A stretch of DNA of 61,847 nt, taken from IMG/VR virus record IMGVR_UViG_3300048587_000332, positions 1 through 61,847 of that record; one strand, 5' to 3'. Position numbers and translations under genes: made by a program. Each line of letters begins with the position of its first letter. Position 1 is the first letter of the stretch. The notes under the pieces are model-generated. The model made no database searches and was not told where the DNA came from. It worked only from the letters and a program-made list of their open reading frames with translations. Positions 37,159 to 46,070 of the stretch are shown here, piece by piece. The stretch comes from a virus. Lineage: Duplodnaviria; Caudoviricetes.

Positions 37159-37850
37159 TATCGGTACCACCCTCCCTTAAATGAGTCGAGCGGGAAGTTC
37201 GGCGCAATCGGCTGGTCCCCCAGATTGATGCCCTCTTCCGCCGCCTTCCGCTCTAGCGAATACTCCGCCTGCGCTCGCAATGCTTCGTATTCACGAATAC
37301 GACGCGGGTCTGTCTTCGCCAAACAATAGTGGCCTACATCCACCAGCGTTTGAAAATAGTGGTCATCAAATGGAATGACCGAATTGATGGTTGCGCCCGT
37401 CACCTTCGTTGGGTTCTTTTTGTAGGTACACTGAATGACCCAATCGGTGGGGTCGAGACCCTCGGGAAACCTCGGGAACAGCCGAAAGCACTGCCGCGCC
37501 GTATCATACGAGATATCGTCAGGAAGCGCCATGTACCATGTTTCCTTCAGATCCTTCGTAACTAACAGCGTCTTCTCAAACGGCGGATCGCTCGCAATCC
37601 CGAGTATCTGCGCTTTGCGCAAGCCCCGGAAGTCCGAGGGGGCACAAACCAGCGGCGAATAGTGGTCCTGTTCGCCCGTAATCGGATGCCACGGCGGCAT
37701 ATCCGCCATTGTTTCGCGCCAGTCGCACTTGTCCCACATCATGTTAAGAATCTGGTTGCACACCAGCGGCCCCACCTGCGACTCGCTTACGCGAGGCACA
37801 TTCTGGCACAGGTAGGCCAAAACATCTTCCCATGTGTAGGTTCTGGACAT
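37158..37850 (-). CDS. Putative head-tail adaptor
   Basis: Similar layout to 37850-38521 (W.W, RLFP, IP.D.Y). Confidence 0.55.
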   Translation of the reverse strand: MSRTYTWEDVLAYLCQNVPRVSESQVGPLVCNQILNMMWDKCDWRETMADMPPWHPITGEQDHYSPLVCAPSDFRGLRKAQILGIASDPPFEKTLLVTKDLKETWYMALPDDISYDTARQCFRLFPRFPEGLDPTDWVIQCTYKKNPTKVTGATINSVIPFDDHYFQTLVDVGHYCLAKTDPRRIREYEALRAQAEYSLERKAAEEGINLGDQPIAPNFPLDSFKGGWYR

Positions 37851-38521
37851 TACCGCTGCTCCTTACTCTGCATCGATCCCGGCCACGTAAATAGCAAGTC
37901 TTCGCGTCCCTTCATTGCTTCAAGCATCGAAATCACTTTGCCCCACTGGCCCGAATGCTGCGTTTGGCCGTTGGCCATAATAGTCGAAGTACCCGCCCGC
38001 TGGTCGTCCGCAAACTTGTAGGCGTAGTAGAGTACAATTTCTTGATAGACCGGAAACCACTCCTCGGGGAAGACTGGAGCATCTGACGTAGCCGTGATTT
38101 CCGTGTGCTTTATTTTGTAGATCGCCAACAGCCACTTATCGCCGCCAGCCGGAGGTTGGGGAAACAGCCGGTACTTGTCAGTGGCCCCCTGCACGAACAT
38201 TACCTTAGAGGGCTTGCCCGTCTGTTTGGGGTCCGCTGGCAACATCGGCACAATATCCAAGGGAGTGAACTTGTCCCCCTCGGGGAGCCACGCTTGCTGC
38301 AAATACAAGAAATCAGCAGGCTCGGTAACCGTGTAATCTACGGCATTGCCCGTAATCTGCACCGCAGGCATATTCCCGATTGTCCAGCGCCAAGGCGCAT
38401 ACATCCAGAAGAACTTAGACGCCAAATCGAGGGTCTGGACACCTACGTCCGTTCCATCGATAGGCTGATCCTTGATGAACTTCTTTGCGTATGTAAGCGC
38501 CTTGCCGACTGTATAAGCCAT
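37850..38521 (-). CDS. Putative head-tail adaptor
   Basis: PWRW...DY...PADF...G.P....RLFPQP...FPEEW pattern of podovirus adaptors. Confidence 0.6.
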   Translation of the reverse strand: MAYTVGKALTYAKKFIKDQPIDGTDVGVQTLDLASKFFWMYAPWRWTIGNMPAVQITGNAVDYTVTEPADFLYLQQAWLPEGDKFTPLDIVPMLPADPKQTGKPSKVMFVQGATDKYRLFPQPPAGGDKWLLAIYKIKHTEITATSDAPVFPEEWFPVYQEIVLYYAYKFADDQRAGTSTIMANGQTQHSGQWGKVISMLEAMKGREDLLFTWPGSMQSKEQR

Positions 38522-38532
38522 TCAGATCTCCT

Positions 38533-38955
38533 TTAGATGGTCATGTTAAAGGTCATCGAACCCCCGAAACGGCTCATGTTCGCCATTACAAGCGGCTTTT
38601 CGTGAGGAGCCAACTCCTCCGCCGTACAGTTCTTGCCGCAAATGCCGCACACCACATGCAGCTTTCCGTCGGAGCACCACTGGCCGCCAAAAGCGGAAGT
38701 TCCGTCGGGCATCTTGTGCGTACACATGCTCTCAACGATGCGGCGGTTTTCTTCGGTGCGCGCCGCGTCCTGGGCCTGTCTGCGAGCCTGAGCAACACGC
38801 CGCTCCTGCTGAGCACGAAGCTCCGCTTCCTCGCGTTCAAGCCGCGCGAGTTGCAATTCTTTGAGACGTTCATCAACACTGGTTTGCGCCTGAGCAGGCG
38901 CATCGGTTCCCTTCAGCGGGGGACTAATAGAAGGCATGGTCTTTCCTCTCGGCAT
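38533..38955 (-). CDS. Coiled-coil / zinc-finger protein
   Basis: CTH...CGICG; late-type promoter at 38983-38991. Confidence 0.65.
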   Translation of the reverse strand: MPRGKTMPSISPPLKGTDAPAQAQTSVDERLKELQLARLEREEAELRAQQERRVAQARRQAQDAARTEENRRIVESMCTHKMPDGTSAFGGQWCSDGKLHVVCGICGKNCTAEELAPHEKPLVMANMSRFGGSMTFNMTI

Positions 38956-39021
38956 AGAATAAGCAGCATAGCTGCTACTTCTATTTTACCATTGGCCTTC
39001 GGCATCTAAATGGAAGGATAT

Positions 39022-39609
39022 CTAAGCTCTACCCATATCCTGGGCAAAGCGTTGATCGTCACGAGACGATCCAAACTTACCGCCGACCCGCTCGCACTGC
39101 TCCTGGGTAATCCACCCGAGCTTGAAAAGCTCAGTAAACACCCGCTTCCATCCCTTACGCACGATTGGCCCCGGCACCCGGCGCTCCACGAAAAGCTGCT
39201 TGTCCGGGTCGTCCTTACAATCAATATGGTTGTTGTATGGGTGCGGCACCTTCACCGTTTGGAACGAGTGGAGTGTGTTTTCCGGCATAATCCCACGATG
39301 ATACAGCACCGTGCTGTACTCGCTCTTCTCGTGCCAATTGCTTCTCGAAATGAACTTCAGCGTCGGATTGCGCGGATGGTCATAAAAGTGCAAATGTGGC
39401 GCATAAACACGTACCAGCCTCTCCAACTGCGTATGGGCCATCGGCCTCCCGGCATTATACTCAGGATCAATGATTGACCCGTCTTCGTTCTCGATTACGG
39501 CGGAGGTTTGCTCCTTCTCCGCCCTGTCAATGAACTCGCCGGTACGGTCGATCTTGTCTCCGAGGCGCTGTCTCTCCAACGAAGCTGAATCAAATACGGC
39601 GTGTGCCAT
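39022..39609 (-). CDS. Hypothetical protein
   Basis: 195 aa; KGWKRVF..L motif; coupled to the upstream gene. Confidence 0.7.
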   Translation of the reverse strand: MAHAVFDSASLERQRLGDKIDRTGEFIDRAEKEQTSAVIENEDGSIIDPEYNAGRPMAHTQLERLVRVYAPHLHFYDHPRNPTLKFISRSNWHEKSEYSTVLYHRGIMPENTLHSFQTVKVPHPYNNHIDCKDDPDKQLFVERRVPGPIVRKGWKRVFTELFKLGWITQEQCERVGGKFGSSRDDQRFAQDMGRA

Positions 39610-39869
39610 TAATGGGATCTCCGATCCAGAGCAAGCTCTGTCTTTACTTCGATCAGGGCCTCGCGCATCTTGGCAAGTTCCTTGTTTGTCTCTTTGAGTT
39701 CCATAGTCAGTGCTTGATTCTGCGTAAGTGCATTGTTCACGTCTCTCGAAAGTGCATCCAATTTCGATTGCATGGTAAAAAACATAGCCATGCCTAAGAC
39801 CACGACACTCAACAGCTTAAACACAGAGACCCCAAAGGTTTTTTCCAGAAACTCATTAACTGTGTCCAT
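39609..39869 (-). CDS. Membrane-anchored coiled-coil protein
   Basis: One TM segment (LLSVVVLGMAMFF) plus heptads. Confidence 0.6.
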   Translation of the reverse strand: MDTVNEFLEKTFGVSVFKLLSVVVLGMAMFFTMQSKLDALSRDVNNALTQNQALTMELKETNKELAKMREALIEVKTELALDRRSH

Positions 39870-39882
39870 GGCGGTCTCCCCT

Positions 39883-40509
39883 CTAAAAAATGATCGCTTC
39901 GAGGGTACTGCCGCTGCTCGGGATATAAGCAGCCTCAAAGACAATCGTATTCCCGGAAATCGTGTAGGAAACTCCCTCGTCCTGAATGGTACCGTTCAAG
40001 ATGACAATGACAAAGGAAGGAGGGATAACGGAGAGGGTGAACGTGTCATTTACCCCGTCAATGGTGCCGGAAGGCGTCTCGCGGATAGGTGTGGAAAGTG
40101 CGCTCACGGAAACCCCCTGGCATGGTGTCGGGGCAGTGGTGCCCGCAGTCGGAAGCGAAAACGAGGGTTCTACAATCGCGTGCGGCGTAGCCGTCACCGT
40201 GAACAGGCTCCCGGTCGCCAGCGTATTCCCCTCATAGTCAACGAAAAACGAAACGTACTTTGTGTTCGGCGGCGAAATCGAAGTGTTGAAACGGAGCTTC
40301 GCGGGCGACTGAAACTCGCCATCTTTGATCTGGAAACTAACCCACTGAGGCAGCTTCGTGCGCTGCTGTGCATACACTTTGTAGAAACTTGTATAAGCGG
40401 TCGAGCCACGCAGCGGAGGGACCAAACCGACTAGCATCCATCCATTGAACTTCGTCCCGTCCGAGTAGCTGATAGTACCAGTCAGTTCCGCTTTTTGTTC
40501 ACTCGCCAT
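39883..40509 (-). CDS. Virion-associated beta protein (leaderless)
   Basis: ETPSGTIDGVNDTFTL...LNG.IQ.EG..YTISG module; TGGTAAAAT lies 6 nt before ATG. Confidence 0.7.
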   Translation of the reverse strand: MASEQKAELTGTISYSDGTKFNGWMLVGLVPPLRGSTAYTSFYKVYAQQRTKLPQWVSFQIKDGEFQSPAKLRFNTSISPPNTKYVSFFVDYEGNTLATGSLFTVTATPHAIVEPSFSLPTAGTTAPTPCQGVSVSALSTPIRETPSGTIDGVNDTFTLSVIPPSFVIVILNGTIQDEGVSYTISGNTIVFEAAYIPSSGSTLEAIIF

Positions 40510-40558
40510 ACTTTTATTTTACCATGCCTTCGGCAAGTGATTATCCGCACTAATAAAC

Positions 40559-40588
40559 AAAAAGGGAGGCGTTTTTACACGCCTCCCT
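40559..40588 (-). terminator. Intrinsic terminator after the capsid gene
   Basis: AGGGAGGCGT / ACGCCTCCCT stem with a T-run on the minus strand. Confidence 0.8.
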
Positions 40589-40625
40589 ATCGAGGAGAAA
40601 CCAGCCTACGCCCGTCGCCAAAAGA

Positions 40626-41666
40626 CTAGGAAACCTGGGTCGGAGTATCGTAGTAGATAAACCGATTAAAGGTCGATCCGCCCGTCAAAGTGTCGGTCAA
40701 CACCTTCGCCACATAGAAGAAGTTGTACGACACAAAGCCGCCAATAGAACCAGTGGGGTTCGCAATCGAGGGTTCCAGATTGCCCACGACGTTCAGCCGG
40801 AAACGCTGAGTCTTGGGATCGGTAACCTTCGTCGGACCCTTGGCCGCAAGCTGCGAACCGCCGATACCGCCATCGCCGAAGATGTAGGTACGGTAGTTGC
40901 TCGAATTGATGTATACGTTGGTAGACACCTTAAACATCACACCATTAAAGGTGAAGGCCTGACCACGGTCTTCGACCTTCTCAAATGGGTTGCCTTCAGT
41001 GTACTTGCGAACGTCCACAACGCCATTAGCCGCAGGATCGTTCACCACGTCAAACACAATGTAGGGGTGGATGATGCCGCAGAAGTAGCCCTTCGCGGAG
41101 CCGCTCTGCATGGGGCGTACATCATTGCCCTGCAAATACGCATGAGATAGGCGAATGTCGCCAGAACTCAGGTAGGTGCCCAGCAGCGCCGAACTGCGAT
41201 CCGCAGCGGAAATGCTGTCGATCTCGTTCCGGGTGATGGTATCCACCGTGTACGCAGCCCGGTAGGACATACGCTCGGTTGCGTTCTGGACAATCCCGCC
41301 GTCGTCAATCGAGGTCAGAATGACCCGATCAGACAGGGTAACGAAGTCCATGTACTGAGACAGCGTGGCCGTAATCACGTCGCTGTTCAGCGCCAACCCG
41401 GTGCCGACCGCACCTTCAGCAGCAGCGCCGACTGCCGTGGTGTTGGTGCCCAGTTCGCGGAAACGGTACCACTGAACGGTATTACCCGACTGCTTCGGCA
41501 TGTCGTCCATCTTCAGAACGTCCATAAAGACGAACTTCTTCTGGAGAGTATCCAACGCCTTAGTCTGGTAGTGGTAAATATACAGGCCGGTCGAAGACCC
41601 ACCCGTATAATTGTGCTGCAACGAAGTGTTGCCTTGAAGAATTACAGAAGCCGGGGTATAAGCCAT
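40626..41666 (-). CDS. Major capsid protein (N4-gp56-like family)
   Basis: MPKQSGNTVQWYR, EG..., ITATLSQYMDFVTLSD, GIIHP; strong SD and own promoter. Confidence 0.85.
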   Translation of the reverse strand: MAYTPASVILQGNTSLQHNYTGGSSTGLYIYHYQTKALDTLQKKFVFMDVLKMDDMPKQSGNTVQWYRFRELGTNTTAVGAAAEGAVGTGLALNSDVITATLSQYMDFVTLSDRVILTSIDDGGIVQNATERMSYRAAYTVDTITRNEIDSISAADRSSALLGTYLSSGDIRLSHAYLQGNDVRPMQSGSAKGYFCGIIHPYIVFDVVNDPAANGVVDVRKYTEGNPFEKVEDRGQAFTFNGVMFKVSTNVYINSSNYRTYIFGDGGIGGSQLAAKGPTKVTDPKTQRFRLNVVGNLEPSIANPTGSIGGFVSYNFFYVAKVLTDTLTGGSTFNRFIYYDTPTQVS

Positions 41667-41749
41667 AGAAAGGGTTCCTCCTACTTATTATTGTAACATA
41701 CGCAATTTAGCATTAAGGATAAATAGAGAGGGGCTTGTACCCCTCTCTA

Positions 41750-42535
41750 TTAACCAAGCTGCGCACGTTCAATCTGCCGCAAAATCTGAGCCTGTTTCTC
41801 AGGATCAGTCGTTGAATAGAACGCATCCATCAGATCCGACGCCGGATTTGCTCCACCTGTCGGAACCATCGGCAGCGGTGCCGTCGGTCTCGCAATCGGC
41901 TCTGCCTGTTTCACCTTTGCAACCTGCTGGCGCTTCGCTTCCGCCCAAGCCCATTCCAGCCCCTGCAACGACGGCTGCAATCCGTTCTGCTGCATGATGC
42001 CCTGAAGGGCCTGCAAATTAACCGGATCTTCCACAAAGTCCGGGTTACGCTCGAAGAACGCATTCTTGGTCTTCTGCAAATTGTCCTGCACAATCTGCTG
42101 GACCGCCGCCCGCTGAACCTCGGCCCAGTTCGGCATTCCGAACTTCTCGGCCATGTAGGTCTCTACCTTAGAGCGGATCTCCTGCTCCATCACATCAACC
42201 GGGTCCTCAGTGAACTTGTTCACCCACTCCTCGGTCGTCTTCTTGGTCTTAGCCTTCGGCTCGGGCGGCGTTGCCGCCTGCTGCCGAGTCGCTTCCTGGA
42301 TCTGCCGCGCATGCTGCTCGTTCGCCAGTGCTCGTGTATATACATCGATCTGGCGCTGCACTTCTTCGGCACTATTGCCGACGAAATCAACCCCATTAAA
42401 GGTGATCTTAATGGGCTGGGGTTGCGCCGGAGACTGCTGTGCGTTGTTGTTATCCTCTCGCTGAAGCTGTTCGAGAATCTCGGCCAACTTCTCCGAAGGA
42501 ATGGAATTGATGTCAAAAGCGGGCGTGGTAGCCAT
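41750..42535 (-). CDS. Capsid scaffolding protein
   Basis: Q/E-rich helical protein directly upstream of the capsid gene. Confidence 0.65.
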   Translation of the reverse strand: MATTPAFDINSIPSEKLAEILEQLQREDNNNAQQSPAQPQPIKITFNGVDFVGNSAEEVQRQIDVYTRALANEQHARQIQEATRQQAATPPEPKAKTKKTTEEWVNKFTEDPVDVMEQEIRSKVETYMAEKFGMPNWAEVQRAAVQQIVQDNLQKTKNAFFERNPDFVEDPVNLQALQGIMQQNGLQPSLQGLEWAWAEAKRQQVAKVKQAEPIARPTAPLPMVPTGGANPASDLMDAFYSTTDPEKQAQILRQIERAQLG

Positions 42536-42578
42536 TGTCTCTCCTATATGGGAATCGTCCCTAAGACCATGATAACAT

Positions 42579-42923
42579 TTACACTAAAGGTAACTGATCC
42601 GATCCATACGGGACTTTGTTGAAAAAGGCGCTCACCTTCAAATCCGCATCATCGATGCCTTCGGCATCCTGAATGTCCTGAACATTGATACGCGCATTCT
42701 CGGGAGCACTAGTAATGAACTGCACAACATGGCGAAAGATACTCCAGTGGTCTTTCGCTCTCACGATTTCCCTCGGATCGTCCAACACAGCCAAGTGTTC
42801 AAGCATCTGCTTTTCTTTGTCGGCTAACGCGGACAAAAGAACACTCCAACCGGGGTGGGAAGAGAGATCCGACAAATCGCGAGCCTTACTCGCCTGCTCA
42901 AAATCGCCAGGGCTAAGAGCCAT
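42579..42923 (-). CDS. Small protein between portal and scaffold
   Basis: L.SHPGW.VL motif; synteny. Confidence 0.6.
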   Translation of the reverse strand: MALSPGDFEQASKARDLSDLSSHPGWSVLLSALADKEKQMLEHLAVLDDPREIVRAKDHWSIFRHVVQFITSAPENARINVQDIQDAEGIDDADLKVSAFFNKVPYGSDQLPLV

Positions 42924-44847
42924 TTTCACCGCCTGCGGCGGCACCGCCACCCATCACACGCTGCATAACAGCCATCAGCATTTCCTTCTTCATGTCGGCG
43001 TCAGTCTTCTTGTCAACCTCTTGCAACTTACCTTGCACCTTCAACTGCTCAGCCTGCGCCTTCTTATCGGCCATCGCGAGACGAACCTCATTCGATGCCT
43101 TCGTTTTCTGCTGGTCCTGCACCATTTCAGGAGTCGGCTGCATAAGCGCCTGCTGTTCCTGCTGGTTGAGAGGCCGCACCAACTGATACACCTGCTTCGT
43201 GCCGCTGGCATCCTGCAACATGCGAACCCATTCCGCCATATCGACGGCCATTCCGATCCGCTGCAAATGCCCCATCAAATCAGGATTGAGCAAATACTGC
43301 GTCAGGAACGGGAACACCTGCAACAACTTCTCTCGCGACATCATCCGTGTCGCGGACAGCATCATAAACTTGACTTCACGTTGAAGACTTTCGTTCGCAA
43401 CCGGGACCTGTCCTTCCGCAGTTATACCGCGCAACTGAAGATCCCCTTGATTGTGAAGCTGGTGCATCTTCAGCATCTTATACAACATGGGCGTCAGCAG
43501 GTAGTTTTCCAACGAAAGAACCACCATCAGAAGTCGCATGGAGGGCGCTTCTCGCTGTGCTCCCACCGAAGTCGCACTAGCCGAGGCATTGCCCCGCATC
43601 GGCATACCCTGGAGGACCATGGAGTTCACTCCGGTCATCTCCTGAGCCTGCTGCTGCATCCAGCTTTCTTCCTGATAGGAGTTTTGCGTAATGTTGGACG
43701 GCACCTGGATGGCAATATCATCCTTGCCATTCTCGGTCGCCAACTGAGCGCCCGGTCGCCAAATACGCTGCGAAAACGTCATGCGCTGGTCGTGCGAAGC
43801 GCGGGTAACACGTGGCGGATTCAACGCAAGCGAAAGCTCATCCAGTCGCGAATTACGAATCGACTGCATGTACTTCTGCAAATCAGCCAGCACATCGGAA
43901 TAGCCATTCCCATAGAACCGATCCGGGTCAAAGAAGCAAGTCGCCGCCGTAAACGGATAAAACCCATACGGATTCTCGCCATTGTAAATCACATACTCTC
44001 TATTAAGCACCCAGACAACTCGTGTCTTGGTGTAATAGATAAGCACCTCTAGATTGCTCTCCGCGCCGAATACACCCTGTCCGTCCGAAATCGGACTATA
44101 GGCCACCCCTCGGGACGCCTCTTCCATCTGCCGCGAATGGTCGGCTACCGCCGAAGGCGTACTCTGCGCACACGCCAGCAGCGTCATCCGATCTGGAATG
44201 TCGAAGCCTTCGGCCCCTCGGAGGGCCTCCACCTGATCCAGCGTAAGGGTGCGCCGCCAAATGACCGACTTCGCCTGTTCAATATCTGGTCCACAAGCGG
44301 GATCAACATAGAAGTCTAGCGGCGAAATACGATTGGCTACAGGTTCGAGCGTAAGCGGGTCCACTTGCAAAGCGAGGATGGCGATTCCCTTAACAAGCAA
44401 ATCGTTGAGTGTAAGCGTAACTTGGTTACGCACATTATTGCCGAATCGATCCGTCGGATGCTCGCACAGATACAGAAGCCGCGCCTGCACTTCTGCCGCT
44501 TCCTGGGGCGTTGTATCACCAATCGCCGCTACCTTGAACCACTCAACGTCCGTACCGAAAAGCGCCTGATGCAGCAACGGAAGAACACTCTGCACCTGTG
44601 AGTGGATAAGCCGAACAGAAAGCGAAGCTCGCTCGGTCGTGGTACCTTCCCAGAACCGTCTGGGCACAACGCCGTTGTAAAGCTCCTGGAGATGCCGCCA
44701 CTTGTTATCGTAGTTGCGCTGCCGCCAACTCTCGTACTTAAAGAAAGTCTGGACGACGCGGGACATCGCCATCTGCTTTGAGATGTCTGCGTACCCCGGA
44801 GTTGGGTCGTTGGAAAGCGGCAGATTACCAGTAAGTTCTTCAGCCAT
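42913..44847 (-). CDS. Portal protein (P22-like)
   Basis: ISPLDFYVDP, NPYGFYPF, FYGNG...L.DLQ, TGVN, ASATSV; Q-rich C-terminus. Confidence 0.85.
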   Translation of the reverse strand: MAEELTGNLPLSNDPTPGYADISKQMAMSRVVQTFFKYESWRQRNYDNKWRHLQELYNGVVPRRFWEGTTTERASLSVRLIHSQVQSVLPLLHQALFGTDVEWFKVAAIGDTTPQEAAEVQARLLYLCEHPTDRFGNNVRNQVTLTLNDLLVKGIAILALQVDPLTLEPVANRISPLDFYVDPACGPDIEQAKSVIWRRTLTLDQVEALRGAEGFDIPDRMTLLACAQSTPSAVADHSRQMEEASRGVAYSPISDGQGVFGAESNLEVLIYYTKTRVVWVLNREYVIYNGENPYGFYPFTAATCFFDPDRFYGNGYSDVLADLQKYMQSIRNSRLDELSLALNPPRVTRASHDQRMTFSQRIWRPGAQLATENGKDDIAIQVPSNITQNSYQEESWMQQQAQEMTGVNSMVLQGMPMRGNASASATSVGAQREAPSMRLLMVVLSLENYLLTPMLYKMLKMHQLHNQGDLQLRGITAEGQVPVANESLQREVKFMMLSATRMMSREKLLQVFPFLTQYLLNPDLMGHLQRIGMAVDMAEWVRMLQDASGTKQVYQLVRPLNQQEQQALMQPTPEMVQDQQKTKASNEVRLAMADKKAQAEQLKVQGKLQEVDKKTDADMKKEMLMAVMQRVMGGGAAAGGENGS

Positions 44848-44886
44848 CGCTACTTCTATTTTACCATTGGCGCTACGCGCCATTAG

Positions 44887-44975
44887 TGGTACACTAGTTG
44901 TAGACCCCCGTGGCGCTTCGCGCCACACAAACGGACGAGAGGGCGGACGCCAATCTGCCCTCTTTTCTGTAGGTG
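44887..44975 (+). ncRNA. Promoter + hairpin small-RNA unit E6
   Basis: TGGTACACT-AGTTGTAGACCCCC, extra hairpin GTGGCGC(TTC)GCGCCAC, then GAGAGGGCGGA(CGCCAA)TCTGCCCTCTTTT. Confidence 0.6.
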
Positions 44976-45038
44976 GCCGAAAAAAGGAGTTGATTTGGAA
45001 TGCCTTTGCGAGTAAGCTCCAAGAGAGGAGAACCTAAA

Positions 45039-46070
45039 ATGCCTGTAAACGGAACTCGGAGGTGCATCTCAATGGCCGCCTCCCGGCGAGCGCGAGAAGC
45101 CGAACTCCCGTACCTAGTACGACTTCGCGAGCGCATCATCGGTCAGGAGTGCATTTCCAAAATCACTCCCTACCTGGATATGATCGACGCCAACCTCAAC
45201 CCGCCAGGAAGACCCGCTGGCGTTTTCATGCTTCTCGGCCCCACGGGTACAGGTAAGACTAGAACCGTCGAAGCCGTAACTGAGATACTGCACCACTCCG
45301 ACCGTCATTTGCTCCGCATCGATTGCGGAGAATTTCAAATGGAACACGAAGTAGCAAAATTGATCGGAGCGCCTCCAGGCTACCTGGGGCACAAAGAGAC
45401 TTCGCCCCTACTTAACAAGCAAAGGCTAGAAGCCGTTACCTCCAAATACAGCCGCATTTCCGTTGTTCTCTTCGATGAGGTGGAAAAGGCCGCGCCTTCT
45501 ATGCAGCGCCTCCTCCTGGGCATTCTCGACAAAGGCATTTTGCGAATTGGCGACAACAACTCCGTTGACTTCGAAAACTCGCTCATCTTCTTTACATCCA
45601 ATGTTGGCTATGCCGAAATCGGCCAGATGGGGAAAGCTCCCGGCTTCGCCAATACCACTTCGCCCGCGTCCCTCTCTCGCATGGTTGAACAGCGCCTCAA
45701 GCGCAAGTTCTCCCCGGAATTCGTCAACCGCATTGATGAGTTTCTCTATTTCGAGGAATTGACCAAAGAGAATCTCCGCCAGATCGTAGACCTTGAACTG
45801 ACCAAAGCCGAGGACTGGCTCACCACTCGCTGGGGTTTCGATTCATGCGCTTTGCGCTTCGACGACTCCGCGAAGGATCTCTTTGTCAAGGTCGGCTTCG
45901 AAGCCAAATACGGGGCGCGTCCGCTCAAGCGAGCCATCACCCATCTGTTGTGGCAACCACTGGCGGTCCTCAAGACCAGCGGAAAGATTACGGCGGGCCT
46001 TACCATCCACATCACCGCCGACGGCGATAAGCTCGCCTTCTCCCAGGAAAAGCGGCAGGCGGCTACCTAA
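45039..46070 (+). CDS. ClpA/B-type AAA+ ATPase, D2 module only
   Basis: RIIGQ, GPTGTGKT, LIGAPPGYLG, VVLFDEVEKA, FSPEFVNRID, YGARPLKR. Confidence 0.9.
   Translation: MPVNGTRRCISMAASRRAREAELPYLVRLRERIIGQECISKITPYLDMIDANLNPPGRPAGVFMLLGPTGTGKTRTVEAVTEILHHSDRHLLRIDCGEFQMEHEVAKLIGAPPGYLGHKETSPLLNKQRLEAVTSKYSRISVVLFDEVEKAAPSMQRLLLGILDKGILRIGDNNSVDFENSLIFFTSNVGYAEIGQMGKAPGFANTTSPASLSRMVEQRLKRKFSPEFVNRIDEFLYFEELTKENLRQIVDLELTKAEDWLTTRWGFDSCALRFDDSAKDLFVKVGFEAKYGARPLKRAITHLLWQPLAVLKTSGKITAGLTIHITADGDKLAFSQEKRQAAT

Noticed and set aside
38995-40535. GCCTTCGGC as RNA UUCG tetraloops
   Set aside because: Pairing register gives a 3-nt TTC/GAA loop; a cUUCGg reading breaks the stem
42685-44052. 455-aa plus-strand ORF and similar long antisense ORFs (24536-25546, 49247-50206, 61472-61834)
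   Set aside because: Shadow frames of well-supported genes on the opposite strand; no motifs or SD
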